From: an uncultured delta proteobacterium
GTDB lineage: Bacteria; Desulfobacterota; Syntrophorhabdia; Syntrophorhabdales; WCHB1-27
Direction: 5' to 3'
Assembly: GCA_963810935.1 (NCBI GenBank)
Contig: CAWEPK010000009.1
Coordinates: 64,001 to 128,000 of the forward strand
DNA length: 64,000 nucleotides
In this document: positions 48,495-60,051 of the stretch, in pieces
Numbering within the stretch: position 1 is the stretch's first letter
How the letters are laid out: the number at the start of each line of letters is the position of its first letter
The notes under the pieces: model-generated
Told to the model about the DNA's origin: nothing
Databases searched by the model: none
The model's input: only the letters and a program-made list of their open reading frames with translations
Position numbers and translations under genes: made by a program

Positions 48495-49127
48495 TTAAAC
48501 TTTCTTTGCGTAGATGTTCTTGCAGATATTGACGCCGGCCACTGCGTCGGGAGCATAATAGTCGGCGCCCGTAAATGCCTGCACCTGCTCGTTGCACGGC
48601 GCCCCGCCGATGACGATCTTCACACGGTCTCGCAGGCCCGCCCTGCCCACTTCGTCGACCACGTTCTTCATCTCGGGATACGTCAGGTTGAGGAGCGCGC
48701 TCAGGCCGAGGACTGCCGCCCCGCTCTCCTTAAGGGCGGACACGAACTTATCGGCTGAAACGTTCACCCCCAGGTCGATCACCTCGAAGCCCGAACCGCG
48801 AAGCAGAGTGACGGCGATGTTCTTCCCGATATCATGGATGTCGCCTTTTACCGTCCCTATGACGACCTTGCCGGCCGACGGCTCCCCGGCAGCATTCTGG
48901 AGAAGGGGCTCGAGGCGCTTCATCACGTTCTTCAATATCTCGGCCGAGAAGATGAGCTGGCTGATGAAATACCGGCAGCTCGAAAAAAGCTCGCCCACCT
49001 CTACCATGCCGCGGTTGCACGCCTTCACGATCTCGATGGCCGGCACTCCCTGTGCGATCTTTTCCTCCACCAGACTGTAAACGCGCTTTTCTTCGAGGTC
49101 CCGCAGTGCCTTGACAAGGTCTTCCAT
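48495..49127 (-). CDS. corrinoid (B12-binding) protein, MtaC/MtbC family
   Basis: GTVKGDIHDIGKN, DLGVNV, SALL, IGGAP. Confidence 0.93.
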   Translation of the reverse strand: MEDLVKALRDLEEKRVYSLVEEKIAQGVPAIEIVKACNRGMVEVGELFSSCRYFISQLIFSAEILKNVMKRLEPLLQNAAGEPSAGKVVIGTVKGDIHDIGKNIAVTLLRGSGFEVIDLGVNVSADKFVSALKESGAAVLGLSALLNLTYPEMKNVVDEVGRAGLRDRVKIVIGGAPCNEQVQAFTGADYYAPDAVAGVNICKNIYAKKV

Positions 49128-49153
49128 GATGTCTCCCTCCTCTCTGTAACGCT

Positions 49154-50518
49154 CTACAGAACCCACTGCCACAGCCAGACGTATGCCATGGCCTCCAGAC
49201 TTTCCCAGGGTTTGCGGATAAGGCCCTCGTCGCCCATGACTCCGCCTGACTCCGCCTGCCTCACATGCCACGGCGTCACCATCCTCGGGAAGGAAAACCC
49301 CTCGATCCCGCCTTTCGGGGGCGTTTTCGGCCGTGCCTTTGTACCGGCGTCGTAAACGCCGTATTCGCAGACGGCGTCTATCATCGCCCGGAAGTTCTCA
49401 GGCTTCGCCGTATAAGGGAAGTTGCAGCCGCCGCTTACGATGTAGCCGCCGCCTTTACCTACTGTCTCGCAGAGCAACTTTACCTGTTTGCGCATCTCTT
49501 CCGGCGTGCCGAGGATGAACTGCGAATCCTTGATGCCGCCCGCCAGGCACTGGTGGTGGCCTATCTCCTCCTTGGCCTTGAAGATATCGCCCTCGTTGTC
49601 GATGTCGCAAAGCACCTTGCCTTTCGGCAGCTCGAGCATGTGGCGCCAGTGCATCCCCCAATCGCCTTCGAGGTACGCCCTGACCGTGTGCCCGGCGCCT
49701 ATTAGTATCTCCATCACTTTTTTGAAAGAGGGCCAGTAGAACTGCTCGAACTGGTCGGGAGACAAAAAGCAGGCCTTATGGGTCGGCACGAAGATGGGCC
49801 AACGCTTAAGCGGGTCCGCCAGGGCCAGGGCTATGTTGGCCATCTCGCCGACCAGGGAATCGCACGCAGCTATCACCTTTTCCGGCTGGCGGTAGCAATC
49901 TAGGAAAATCCCGGTCAGGCCGCGCATCGCGTCTGCGAGCACGTCGAAGGGCGCCAGGAAAAAGCCGGCCATCGGCTGCGGCATGCCTGCTTCGTTCTGC
50001 AGGACGGCTGTCCGGTTCCGCATCACCTGGCCCGCCATAGCCTGCGCCATCCCGCCTTTGAGGAACGCCATGTACGACCGGATGGACCCGCGCTCGCCGA
50101 ACTCGCCGAATATCCTCGGCAGCCATCTTTCGAAGAGGAATTCGACGGGCCTTTCGATCAGGATGTCATATTCGTCCGCCTTCATATATTCTTCTTCGAC
50201 AAACTGGAACTGGTCGCCGGGCGGCAGGTCGCGGCCGGGCAGCTTATACGTCTTCAGCCCCACGGCGTCGAATAGCGGCCCGTAAATACGGTTATTCCTC
50301 AGTACGTCGACTTCCGGGAAATCACGGCAGAAGGCAAGCTCGGCCTGTAGCCACTTTTCGGGGTCGTAGATCGTTTCCTGGTTGGTGTTGCCTGAGTAGA
50401 CCTCGGCGAAATAGTTGCTCCCCGGGGCAATCGGTATGCGGTCGGTCGGCTCCAGGGCGATGGCGGCCTGGTAGCGGCCAAGCCTCTGCTCGAAAAGCTC
50501 GTTCATCTGAGCCGTCAT
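49154..50518 (-). CDS. UroD/MtaA-family protein (probable corrinoid-dependent methyltransferase)
   Basis: DRIPI, EYMKADEYD, APFD..RG, FLSPDQFEQFYWP, GTPEE, GGYIVSGGC, KPENF; next to corrinoid protein. Confidence 0.85.
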   Translation of the reverse strand: MTAQMNELFEQRLGRYQAAIALEPTDRIPIAPGSNYFAEVYSGNTNQETIYDPEKWLQAELAFCRDFPEVDVLRNNRIYGPLFDAVGLKTYKLPGRDLPPGDQFQFVEEEYMKADEYDILIERPVEFLFERWLPRIFGEFGERGSIRSYMAFLKGGMAQAMAGQVMRNRTAVLQNEAGMPQPMAGFFLAPFDVLADAMRGLTGIFLDCYRQPEKVIAACDSLVGEMANIALALADPLKRWPIFVPTHKACFLSPDQFEQFYWPSFKKVMEILIGAGHTVRAYLEGDWGMHWRHMLELPKGKVLCDIDNEGDIFKAKEEIGHHQCLAGGIKDSQFILGTPEEMRKQVKLLCETVGKGGGYIVSGGCNFPYTAKPENFRAMIDAVCEYGVYDAGTKARPKTPPKGGIEGFSFPRMVTPWHVRQAESGGVMGDEGLIRKPWESLEAMAYVWLWQWVL

Positions 50519-50598
50519 GTCCCAAGACCTCCTTGTCGTATTAATCGCGCATGTCCGGACCGCGCGGACCTGTCAGGGCCGGGTGCGAATTTATGAAA

Positions 50599-51621
50599 TC
50601 ATCTCTGGACGCGGCCCGAGGCGTCCCCTGCCATGAGGCCCTTCACTTCGTCCACAGTCACCTGGTTGAAGTCTCCCTCGATGGAGTGCTTGAGGCAGGA
50701 GGCGGCCACGGCGAACTCCAGGGCTTCCCTGTCGCCGTAACCATTCAGGAAGGCATAGATCAGGCCGGCTGCAAAGGCGTCGCCCCCGCCCACCCGGTCA
50801 ACTATGTGGACGCCATAGGTGCGCGAGAAAAAGCTTGCGTCCCTGTAAAGCATGGCGGCCCATGTGTTGTCGGATGCGGAGATGCTTCCCCGAAGCGTGA
50901 TGGCTACGGCCTTGAACCCGAACCGCCCCTTTAACTCGCGCGCAACGCTCTCGTACCCCTGCTCGTTCAGCACGCCGCCCGTGATATCGCTACGCGCCGC
51001 CTTGATGCCGAAGACCTTCTCCGCGTCCTCTTCGTTGGCTATGCAGACGTCTACGTAAGGCATAAAGGCAGCCATCACCTTCCCCGCCTTCTCGCTCGAC
51101 CAGAGGTTCTTGCGGAAGTTCAGGTCGCAGCTAACCGTAAGGCCCGCCGCATGGGCGGCCTTGCAGGCATCGAGCACCGCTTCCGCGACGTTGTCCCCGA
51201 GGGCAGGCGTGATGCCGGTAAAATGGAACCAGTCAGCATCTGCGAAAATAGAGGGCCAGTCGAAATCGGCGCTCTGCACTTCGGAAACCGCCGAGTGTTT
51301 CCTGTCGTATATCACCCTCGATGGCCTTTGCGACGCGCCCTTCTCCAAAAAATAGATGCCCAGCCTGTCGCCGCCCCTCAGCATGAACCGCGTGTCCACC
51401 CCGCAGCGACGCATCTCGTTGACGGCCGCCTGGCCGATGGCGTTTGCCGGGACCTTCGTCACAAAAGATGCATCGAGCCCGTAATTGGCAAGGGAGACGG
51501 CCACGTTGGCCTCTCCGCCGCCGTATACCGCGTCGAAGGAACGGGCCTGCTCGAAGCGGAGATATCCGGGGGGCGAAAGCCGCAGCATGATCTCACCGAA
51601 GCAGACGACCTTTTTTCCCAT
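50599..51621 (-). CDS. kdgK: 2-keto-3-deoxygluconate kinase (PfkB family)
   Basis: FGEIMLRL, GGGEANVA, CDLNFRKNLW, DRVGGGDAF, HSIEGD, SGRVQR. Confidence 0.92.
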   Translation of the reverse strand: MGKKVVCFGEIMLRLSPPGYLRFEQARSFDAVYGGGEANVAVSLANYGLDASFVTKVPANAIGQAAVNEMRRCGVDTRFMLRGGDRLGIYFLEKGASQRPSRVIYDRKHSAVSEVQSADFDWPSIFADADWFHFTGITPALGDNVAEAVLDACKAAHAAGLTVSCDLNFRKNLWSSEKAGKVMAAFMPYVDVCIANEEDAEKVFGIKAARSDITGGVLNEQGYESVARELKGRFGFKAVAITLRGSISASDNTWAAMLYRDASFFSRTYGVHIVDRVGGGDAFAAGLIYAFLNGYGDREALEFAVAASCLKHSIEGDFNQVTVDEVKGLMAGDASGRVQR

Positions 51622-51632
51622 CGCTTTACTCC

Positions 51633-52298
51633 TTATACGGCGCGGATTTCACCGGCCTCTCGCGCCTCCCTGATCCTGGCTATGAACTCCTTAGCAAGCT
51701 CGGTGATCGACGCGTAATCGCCCTTCCTGGCCCCTGCCGTCAGGTTGCCCCCGGCGCCGAGGGCTACGCAGCCCGCCTTGATCCAGTCGGCCGCGTTTGC
51801 GATGCTCACCCCGCCCGTAGGCATGAGGGATGCCTGCGGCAGCGGCCCCAGGACCGCTTTTACGAAAGTCGGGCCGAGCGTCTCGCCAGGGAACACCTTC
51901 ACGATATCGGCCCCTGCCTCCATCGCCTCGACGACCTCTTTGGTTGTTCCTGCCCCAGGCATGCACGGGACCTGGTAGCGGTTGCACAGCTTCATCGTCT
52001 CCACATTGAGGTGCGGGCTGACTACGTACCTCGCGCCGGCCAGTATGGCTATGCGGGCGGTCTGTGGGTCGAGGACCGTGCCCGCCCCTATGACGATCTC
52101 TCCCGCGCGGTACTTCCCTGCAAGGGCTTTTATCACGTCTTCGGCCCCTGGCACCGTGAAGGTGACTTCTATTGCGGCCACCCCGCCCGCAATACAGGCA
52201 TCGGTTATCTTCACGGCCTGCTCGGCCGACTCCGCCCTTATGACTGCGACCAGGCCCGCTTCGACTATCCTGTGCAGCACGTCGTATTTAGGCAGCAA
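51633..52298 (-). CDS. eda: KDPG/KHG aldolase
   Basis: VAVIR, IEVTFT, GAGTVLD, VSP, KVFPG, MPTGGV. Confidence 0.92.
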   Translation of the reverse strand: MLPKYDVLHRIVEAGLVAVIRAESAEQAVKITDACIAGGVAAIEVTFTVPGAEDVIKALAGKYRAGEIVIGAGTVLDPQTARIAILAGARYVVSPHLNVETMKLCNRYQVPCMPGAGTTKEVVEAMEAGADIVKVFPGETLGPTFVKAVLGPLPQASLMPTGGVSIANAADWIKAGCVALGAGGNLTAGARKGDYASITELAKEFIARIREAREAGEIRAV

Positions 52299-52357
52299 TT
52301 TTCGTCACCCCCTTACCTTTGTCATCTCATTATTTTCCCACAAGCACCTATATGCTA

Positions 52358-52762
52358 TCAAGCCCGGTCCTGTATCAGCGGAGTTGCGCGCCATATGAGG
52401 TGGAGTACATTGCCCTCCGGGTCGCGGAAAAAAATCAGCTTGCTCGCATCCGACGTCCGGAAGTCGAAAAATGCCTCTATCCCGTGTTTGCGCAAACGGT
52501 TTACAGCCGCGTCGAAATCGGGGACCGTTATGGCAACGTGCCTGAAGCCCGGCGCGTACTGCTCGTATACCGTCCTGTCCTCATATGCGGCGGGCATGAT
52601 CTCAAGGACGGTCCCGTCCGGCGCGCTCAAAAGGCACGTCGGCGGGGTCTTGCTGTTGTCGTAGACGACCTTGAGATCGAACACCTTAACGTACCAATCG
52701 ACCAATTCCCTGCTGTCATGGGCTGCGATTGCAGCGTGCTCGAAGCCTGAGAATGTGCCCAT
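52358..52762 (-). CDS. VOC (glyoxalase-like) family protein
   Basis: EHAAI, LEI, HVAITV, FFRDPEGN. Confidence 0.85.
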   Translation of the reverse strand: MGTFSGFEHAAIAAHDSRELVDWYVKVFDLKVVYDNSKTPPTCLLSAPDGTVLEIMPAAYEDRTVYEQYAPGFRHVAITVPDFDAAVNRLRKHGIEAFFDFRTSDASKLIFFRDPEGNVLHLIWRATPLIQDRA

Positions 52763-52768
52763 TTTGGT

Positions 52769-54455
52769 CTATCCCTCCTCATACATGGCCAGCCGTGCGC
52801 CTTTCCAGGCAGGCTGGGCGTTTGTCGCATAAAGGGCCAGTACGCCCCTCGTCTCGCGCGGCGCGGGCTTGCGCCAGCTTTTCAGCCGCTTCTCAAGGTC
52901 GTCGATGAGAAGTGAAAGCTCCCGCTTAGGCATCGAGATATGGATCATGTCCCCGTCTCGTATCACTGCGAGCGGTCCGCCCACGGCCGCTTCGGGCGAT
53001 ATCTGGCAGACGCCCAGTCCGCGCGCGAAGCCCGAGAACCTTCCGTCCGTGACAACCGCCACCTTGCCCTCAAGCCCACGGCCCACGACTGACGCGAGCA
53101 CCGCATAGGTGTCCGGCATGCCCGGCGCGCCTTTCGGCCCCGCGTAGCGGACGACGATCACGTCTCCTTCCTTCACCTGCCCGCTGTTGATGCCCGCTAT
53201 CGCGTCTTCCTGGCAATCGAAGCACCGGGCGGGCCCGGTATGCTCCGGTATCGTGTTGTTGAGGCGGCGCGCAACCGACCCCAAAGGCGCGAGACTGCCC
53301 CTTAAGATCGCGATGCCGCCCGTATCCGCCACGGGGTTTGTCCTCGGGCGGATGACGTGCCGGTCATCGACAACGACCCGTTTTTTTGTCTCTGCGATCT
53401 GCTCCCCTATGGTTTTTCCCGTCACTGTAAGCGCATCGAGGTGCAGCTCTTTTTTGAGCGCCTCCAGCACCTTCGGCATCCCTCCGGCCGCGTGGAGGTC
53501 GGTCAGGTGGTAGAAGCCCGTAGGCGTCACGTCCACCAGGCACGGCGTCGTATCGCTGAAACGGTCTGATGAGGTCGAGATCGACCTTGCCCCGCAGTCC
53601 CAGCTCCTCCGCTATCGCGAGGATATGGAGCACCGCGTTCGTCGAGCCGCCTAATGTCATCTGCGCGCGCACCATGTTTTCGAGCGCCTTCCTCGTCATG
53701 ATCTTCCTGGCCGTTACGCTGTTACGGACGAGGTCCATCAGGGCGTTCCCCGCGAGCTTGGCAAGGCGTAGCTGCTCCCCGGACATCGCGTAGCACGTGC
53801 CTGAGCCGGGCATCGCCATGCCGATTGCCTCGACAAGGCACTGCATCGTGTTCGCGGTGCCGAGGATCGGGCAGGCACCCGGCCCCGGGCAGACTTCGTC
53901 TTCCAGGCAGAGTATCTCTTCGGCAGTCGCCTTCCCCATCTGGAGGGCGCCCCATACCTTCTCGTCGAGGTCGGCGAGCGATACAGGCTTGCCCTCGTGC
54001 CTGCCTACGGCCATGACGCCGCCGGGCACTACGATAGCCGGCATGTCCAGGCGGGCGGCAGCCATGAGCGCGCCGGGTATCGTTTTGTCGCATGTCACGA
54101 TCATGACTACGCCGTCGAAAATCTGCGTCTCGACGATGGTCTCTATGTCGAAGGCGAGCAGGTCCCTCGCCGGGAGGTCGTAGCGCATGGAGGCAAGCCC
54201 GAGTGACGGGGTCGCGCACTGCGAGATGGACGTGAACTCCATCGGCGTGCCGCCGGCCTGCCAGACGCCCGCCTTCACCGCATCGGCCACCGCCCTCAGG
54301 TGGAAATGGCCGGGGCAGACCTCGCTCGGCGTATTGACGACGGCGATGAGGGGCTTTTTCATGTCGCTGTCCGTGTATCCCATACCCTTGTACGCCGCGC
54401 GCCTGTGCGTCCCTTCGACGCCGTGGAAATAGCGGGCCGTTTTCAGCTTTTTCAT
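52769..54455 (-). CDS. IlvD/Edd-family Fe-S dehydratase (probable sugar-acid dehydratase); +1 frameshift near 53567
   Basis: CPGHFHL, TCDKTIPG, GTANTM, GGSTNAVLH; C-terminal GPKGAPGMP, TDGRFSG, SPEAAVGGP. Confidence 0.88.
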
Positions 54456-54468
54456 CGGAAATCCTCCA

Positions 54469-55488
54469 TTAAGGTCTAAGTACGACTTTGATCGCTGACT
54501 TCGACGGATCGAGGGCCGTCTTCATCGCAATGTCCACATCTGCAAGGTCGAACGTGTGCGAGACGAGGCCGCCCAGGTCTATTTCGCCTGCGAGCCGCAG
54601 TGCAGTCCCGAAGTCCCAGCAGTAACCCTGCGCCCCCTGCACGGTAATCTCCTGCGAGACGAAGAGCGTAACGGGGACCCTTATGACGGGCTGCTCGAAG
54701 ATGCCCACGACGGTTGCGACGCCCCCTTTGCACAGGCACCGCATCGCCTGCTCGAAGGTCTGCTCGCTGCCCGCGCACTCGAAGGACTTTGCAACGCCCC
54801 TGCCACCCGACGCCTTCAGGGTCGCCTCGACAATCGAGCCTTTGCGCGCATCGACAATCTGCGTCGCACCCATGATCGACGCGTGGCCAAGGCGCGCTTG
54901 TGTTACGTCGGCTGCTATGATGTCGGTCGCGCCCGATGCCCTGCACGCGGCGATGACGAGCAGCCCTATAGGTCCGGCACCGATAACTGCGACCGTGTCG
55001 CCCAGGCCGATCCCCGCCCTTTTCACGGCATGAACCGCTACTGCGAGCGGCTCGATCAATGCCCCCGCCTCGAAGGAAAGGCCTTCGGGCAGCTTGTAGA
55101 CCCAGCGCTCGTCCGCCATGAAATAATCGGCCATGGCCCCTCGGCCCTGCCTGTAATGAAAGCTAAGGTTGTCGCAATATCCGTATTCTCCCCGCAGGCA
55201 CGGGCTGCATTGCCCGCAGGCGATCACCGGCTCGACGGTCACCCGGTCGCCGACTGCCACAGAACCGACTTTCTTACCGACGGCTGCGACCTCCCCGGAC
55301 ATCTCATGCCCCAAGGCCATGGGCAGCGGCGCGGAAGGGTGCTTGCCTTTGTAAATGTGCAGGTCTCCGCCGCAGATGCTGGATGCCCTCACTGCGATGA
55401 GCACCTGGCTCTCTCCTGGCGGCGGCACGTCCCGCTCGACCAGCTCGGCCTTCCCTGCCTCCCGCACTATCGCCATCCTGGTTTTCAC
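54469..55488 (-). CDS. Zn-dependent MDR dehydrogenase (sorbitol/idonate/threonine DH-like)
   Basis: ICGGDLH, GHEMSG, CGQCSPC, EPLAV, GAGPIG. Confidence 0.9.
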   Translation of the reverse strand: MKTRMAIVREAGKAELVERDVPPPGESQVLIAVRASSICGGDLHIYKGKHPSAPLPMALGHEMSGEVAAVGKKVGSVAVGDRVTVEPVIACGQCSPCLRGEYGYCDNLSFHYRQGRGAMADYFMADERWVYKLPEGLSFEAGALIEPLAVAVHAVKRAGIGLGDTVAVIGAGPIGLLVIAACRASGATDIIAADVTQARLGHASIMGATQIVDARKGSIVEATLKASGGRGVAKSFECAGSEQTFEQAMRCLCKGGVATVVGIFEQPVIRVPVTLFVSQEITVQGAQGYCWDFGTALRLAGEIDLGGLVSHTFDLADVDIAMKTALDPSKSAIKVVLRP

Positions 55489-56690
55489 GTGTCACCGTCC
55501 TCTTCGAGCAGGTACTGCTCTTTCGGTCCGAACAGCCTGTACTGCCCGGCCAGCTCGCGCAGCTCATCGGCGATCACGAAGACCTGCGCGGGGCAGCCCG
55601 GCACGTAATGCTTCCTGCCTCTGTAGCGTTTCAGGCACCGGCCGATGATTATGTCGTTTGCCCTCGTGACCTCGCCTTTCTCGCCGACAACGATATTTAC
55701 TGCCGGCAGGTTATCGAGAAGCCCTGCCATCTTTATGCGGCCGAGGGCGATCCTTGCCCCGTCCAGGCAACCGGGGCACGCGCCGCCGTCGATCAGGGTA
55801 ACACCCGGGACATCCGGGAACGGGCCGGATGCAGGACGGAAGGGCCGCCGGACAGCATCTATGGGAATGCCGGTAAGGCTGATCTCTTCCTCGCGCCAGA
55901 CGCCCAGGTTTTGCTTTCTCGCATTATTGAAGCACTTGAACGTCCAGGGGTCGAGCCCCATCACGCGCGTTGCGACGATGTCCGTCGCCACGGTGTCGCT
56001 CCCGGCGAGTATGAGGCCGAGGCCGACAGGCTCTCCCTGCATCGGCCCGTCGCCTTCCATCGCGATGGTCGCATCGATGACGGAGAGATGGGGCCTGACG
56101 ACGGAGTTGAGGTCTGCGACGAATTTGTTGACGCCCAAAAAATGGGACCGCCTCTTCTCGTTCTCGGGCAGAACGCCTTTGAGGTTCTTCATGCAGAGGC
56201 TCACCCCCGTGGCAACGTGCGTCTTCATGGTGGGCACGTTGATGAGAAAATCGGCCTCAATCACCCTGCGGGCCACCTTTATCTCTCCGGTTGTCATTCC
56301 GCCGGTCACGGTTACGCCGATGAATTCTTCATCATAGAGATCGACGACGGACGCGCCCGTGCGGGCAGCCACTTCGTAGAATCCGTTTGCGCGGAACGCC
56401 TCCTTGTTGTCCAGGCCGCAGGCTGTCGCCTCGGCAATAACTATTTCGGCCGGGGCCGCTTTTTGCGCCCAGCGGACGATCCCTTCCACCGTGTACGGGC
56501 TGGTCACGATGCCCTTCTGCCAGAGCTCGGTATCCGCGGTGAGGTTCGGCTTGATCACTACTTTGGCGCCGCGTTTTATGGCGGCGCCCGCCGGAGCGAG
56601 CGCATCGAGGGCGGCAATGACGTCCGCCACCACCGCGTCCCGGTTCAGCGCATCCCTCACGCGTCCTATATGGACAGTCGCCTTCGCCAA
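55485..56690 (-). CDS. DUF362 Fe-S domain protein
   Basis: IKPN, NVPTMKTH, MKNLKG, EGDGP, ACPGC, GRC, VPGCP. Confidence 0.85.
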   Translation of the reverse strand: MAKATVHIGRVRDALNRDAVVADVIAALDALAPAGAAIKRGAKVVIKPNLTADTELWQKGIVTSPYTVEGIVRWAQKAAPAEIVIAEATACGLDNKEAFRANGFYEVAARTGASVVDLYDEEFIGVTVTGGMTTGEIKVARRVIEADFLINVPTMKTHVATGVSLCMKNLKGVLPENEKRRSHFLGVNKFVADLNSVVRPHLSVIDATIAMEGDGPMQGEPVGLGLILAGSDTVATDIVATRVMGLDPWTFKCFNNARKQNLGVWREEEISLTGIPIDAVRRPFRPASGPFPDVPGVTLIDGGACPGCLDGARIALGRIKMAGLLDNLPAVNIVVGEKGEVTRANDIIIGRCLKRYRGRKHYVPGCPAQVFVIADELRELAGQYRLFGPKEQYLLEEDGDT

Positions 56691-56700
56691 TATCCTTGCC

Positions 56701-58530
56701 CTATCGTTTTTCGAGCCTGTCGGGGTCGCGGACTTCGAGCCGCATCCCTATCGCTGCCTTCTTTACTATTATATACCTGCACCACCGTGAATCGTCCCGG
56801 GCAACCGGCACTGTGTCGTCCGGCCGGTCGAACCGAAGGTGAGGTCCCCTGCTCTCATCGCGCAATGCGGCGGCGGCGAGCACCATTTCAGCAACAATCA
56901 GCATACCCTTCGTCTCCAAAAGGTATGATACGCCCCGGCTGTCTGCGGCTACGTTCAAGTCCTTGAGCCGCCTGACCTGGGCCAGTCCGCTTATCAGGCC
57001 TGAGGCCGTGCGGATAACGCTCGCCTTTTCGTCCATGATTGCCCGGAGCCTGCTGCGCAGCTCGGAGGCTGTGACATCGCCCGACGCAAGACCGGAGAGC
57101 CGGGCGCCGAAGGACTTGACCTCCCCGGCAAGCGAAACAGGCCTCTTCCGTCCGGCCGAAGAGGCATAGCCTGCCGCAGCGAGCCCCGCGATCTTCCCGA
57201 AGACCTGACAGTCGAGGAGCGCGTTGCCTCCGGGCCTGTTGGCCCCGTGCTGCCCTCCGGCCGCCTCCCCGGCAGCGTAGAGTCCGGCAACCGCGGTAGC
57301 CGCCTGGGTGTCGATCTTCACGCCGCCCTGAAAATGCTGAGCGCATTCGTCCACTTCTATGGGCTGGCCTTTTGCGAGGTCGATCCCCCGCCCTTTGAAC
57401 CATTCGATGGAGTCGGGGTTGATCTCCGCCAGACGCATGAACGGAGAGCGGCGACGGGCATCTTCGCCCATGTCGTTCCGTACCTCTTTTACGTAGCGGG
57501 CGCGCAGCTCCGGGGCAAGGGCGTCGAATGAAAAACCTTCCGGGTTGCGGGCATAGTCGAGGTAGACCTTCCGCCCGGCCTGCCTCTCCCTGTATACCGC
57601 GATATCGATGATATGCGTATCGTGCTCGTAGCTCACCGGCCAGCTCGCGCCCTTTTTGAAGAGCACGTCGAAGCGCCCGCTTGCCTGCGCGCCTGCGCCT
57701 GTGTACCGTCCAAGGAATTCCTCGCCTGCTTCGTTGACGAGGCGGGGGATGGCGCGCATCATGCTTCCGGAGCAGTTGAACCGCGTCCGCGTCGAGGCGA
57801 TCCCTATCTGAATGAACTCCATGTTGACCAGCTCGGCCCCGGCCTCGAACGCCATCGCCTGGCCGTCCCCCGTCATGCCCGCGGGAAAGACATGGTGCTT
57901 GTAGATAAGCCCCGCGCCGCCCGTTGCAAGGATAACGGCGGGAGCGGTGAAGGCGACTACGGCCGCATCCGGCGTTTTTGCTCGTGTGTCGATCGCAAGG
58001 GCGCCTGCAATCCGTCCGCTTTTGACAACCAGCTCGTGCACCGCCGTATAGTCGAAGGCGTCGATAGCCAGAGTCATGAACCGGCGCAGAAGGGCGTCTT
58101 CGATGTCGCCTGCGGTCCTCGGCCCGGTATAGCAGGCCCTCGCGAATTCCGAGCCGTCCGTGACGAACTGGTCGGCTATCCCGTTTTTCTTCACGAAGGG
58201 GACGCCAAGGCCATCCAGATATTCGAAGGCCTCCTTGCCTCCTTTGGCTAGCACCTCCGCCAGAGAGACGTCGGAGACCATGCCGCCGATCCGGTAGATA
58301 TCGTCCGCGTGATATCTCCAGGCGTCGCCCTTGGGCTCTGTATAATCCAGGGCGGCGTGAAAGGCCATCCGGTCGGAATAGGCATTGGCCGTCACCCCGC
58401 TTGCCCCGAGCTTACCTTTGACGGCAAGCGCCACCTTCAGGCCGGGCGCGCTTTCCTTCGCGGCAATAGCCGCCCGCAGTGCCGCGCACCCTCCTCCGAC
58501 AATCAGGACATCGCAGGAAATGTTCCTCAC
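56701..58530 (-). CDS. SdhA/FrdA/NadB-superfamily flavoprotein, non-canonical active site
   Basis: GGGCAALRAA, LATGG, TGDG, NMEFIQ, HFQGG, GLYAAGE, HGANRPGGNAL, RDESRGPH. Confidence 0.85.
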   Translation of the reverse strand: MRNISCDVLIVGGGCAALRAAIAAKESAPGLKVALAVKGKLGASGVTANAYSDRMAFHAALDYTEPKGDAWRYHADDIYRIGGMVSDVSLAEVLAKGGKEAFEYLDGLGVPFVKKNGIADQFVTDGSEFARACYTGPRTAGDIEDALLRRFMTLAIDAFDYTAVHELVVKSGRIAGALAIDTRAKTPDAAVVAFTAPAVILATGGAGLIYKHHVFPAGMTGDGQAMAFEAGAELVNMEFIQIGIASTRTRFNCSGSMMRAIPRLVNEAGEEFLGRYTGAGAQASGRFDVLFKKGASWPVSYEHDTHIIDIAVYRERQAGRKVYLDYARNPEGFSFDALAPELRARYVKEVRNDMGEDARRRSPFMRLAEINPDSIEWFKGRGIDLAKGQPIEVDECAQHFQGGVKIDTQAATAVAGLYAAGEAAGGQHGANRPGGNALLDCQVFGKIAGLAAAGYASSAGRKRPVSLAGEVKSFGARLSGLASGDVTASELRSRLRAIMDEKASVIRTASGLISGLAQVRRLKDLNVAADSRGVSYLLETKGMLIVAEMVLAAAALRDESRGPHLRFDRPDDTVPVARDDSRWCRYIIVKKAAIGMRLEVRDPDRLEKR

Positions 58531-58579
58531 TTACGGCCCCTCCGGTTCATATGGCCTCATGGCATACAGTTCTTAATGC

Positions 58580-59271
58580 TTAAGACTCGCCTAGGTAGGA
58601 TTTCTTTATGGCCGGATCGCACAGCAGGTCTTTGCCTGAGCCACGCATCACTATCCTGCCGTTTTCCAGCACATATGCGTAATCGCAAAGGGCAAGCGCT
58701 TTCCTTGCGTTTTGCTCGACGAGCACTACCGTTATCCCCTGCTCCCTGATCTGTTTGATAAGGCTGAACACGCCGGTCACGATGATGGGACCCAGCCCCA
58801 GAGAAGGCTCGTCGAGGAGAATCAGCTTCGGCTCGGCCATCAGCCCTCGGCAGATAGCCAGCATCTGCTGCTCCCCGCCGGAGAGCGTGCCCGCCTGCTG
58901 GGCCTGACGCTCTCTCAGGATCGGGTAAAGGGAGAACATCTTTTCCATATTATTCTGAAGGCGCATACCGTCCGTGAGCACGTACCCGCCCGCCATCAGG
59001 TTCTCCCGCACAGTGAGGCTGCCGAAGATCTTGCGCCCTTCCGGGACCTGCACGATCCCCATCTTGACTATCTGGTGCGTCGAGCGGGGCAGCTCGCGCT
59101 CTTCGAACTTTATGACGCCGCTCTTCTGCCGCACCAGGCCGCTGATGGTGTTCAGCAGCGTGGTCTTACCCGCGCCGTTCGCGCCGATGATGCTGACGAT
59201 TGCGCCCTTTTGGATTTCCAGGTCCACGCCGCCGAGGGCTACCACGGGACCGTAAGCGACGTGCAGCTTCT

Positions 59272-59284
<13 letters not shown>
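58580..59284 (-). CDS. livF: Liv-type ABC transporter ATPase
   Basis: GANGAGKT, VPEGR, LSGGEQQM, LDEPSLGL, VEQN. Confidence 0.93.

Positions 59285-60050
<766 letters not shown>

Positions 60051-60051
<1 letters not shown>

Noticed and set aside
55481..55496. parS-like GTTTTCACGTGTCACC
   Set aside because: Five mismatches to TGTTTCACGTGAAACA, and it lies on a gene overlap
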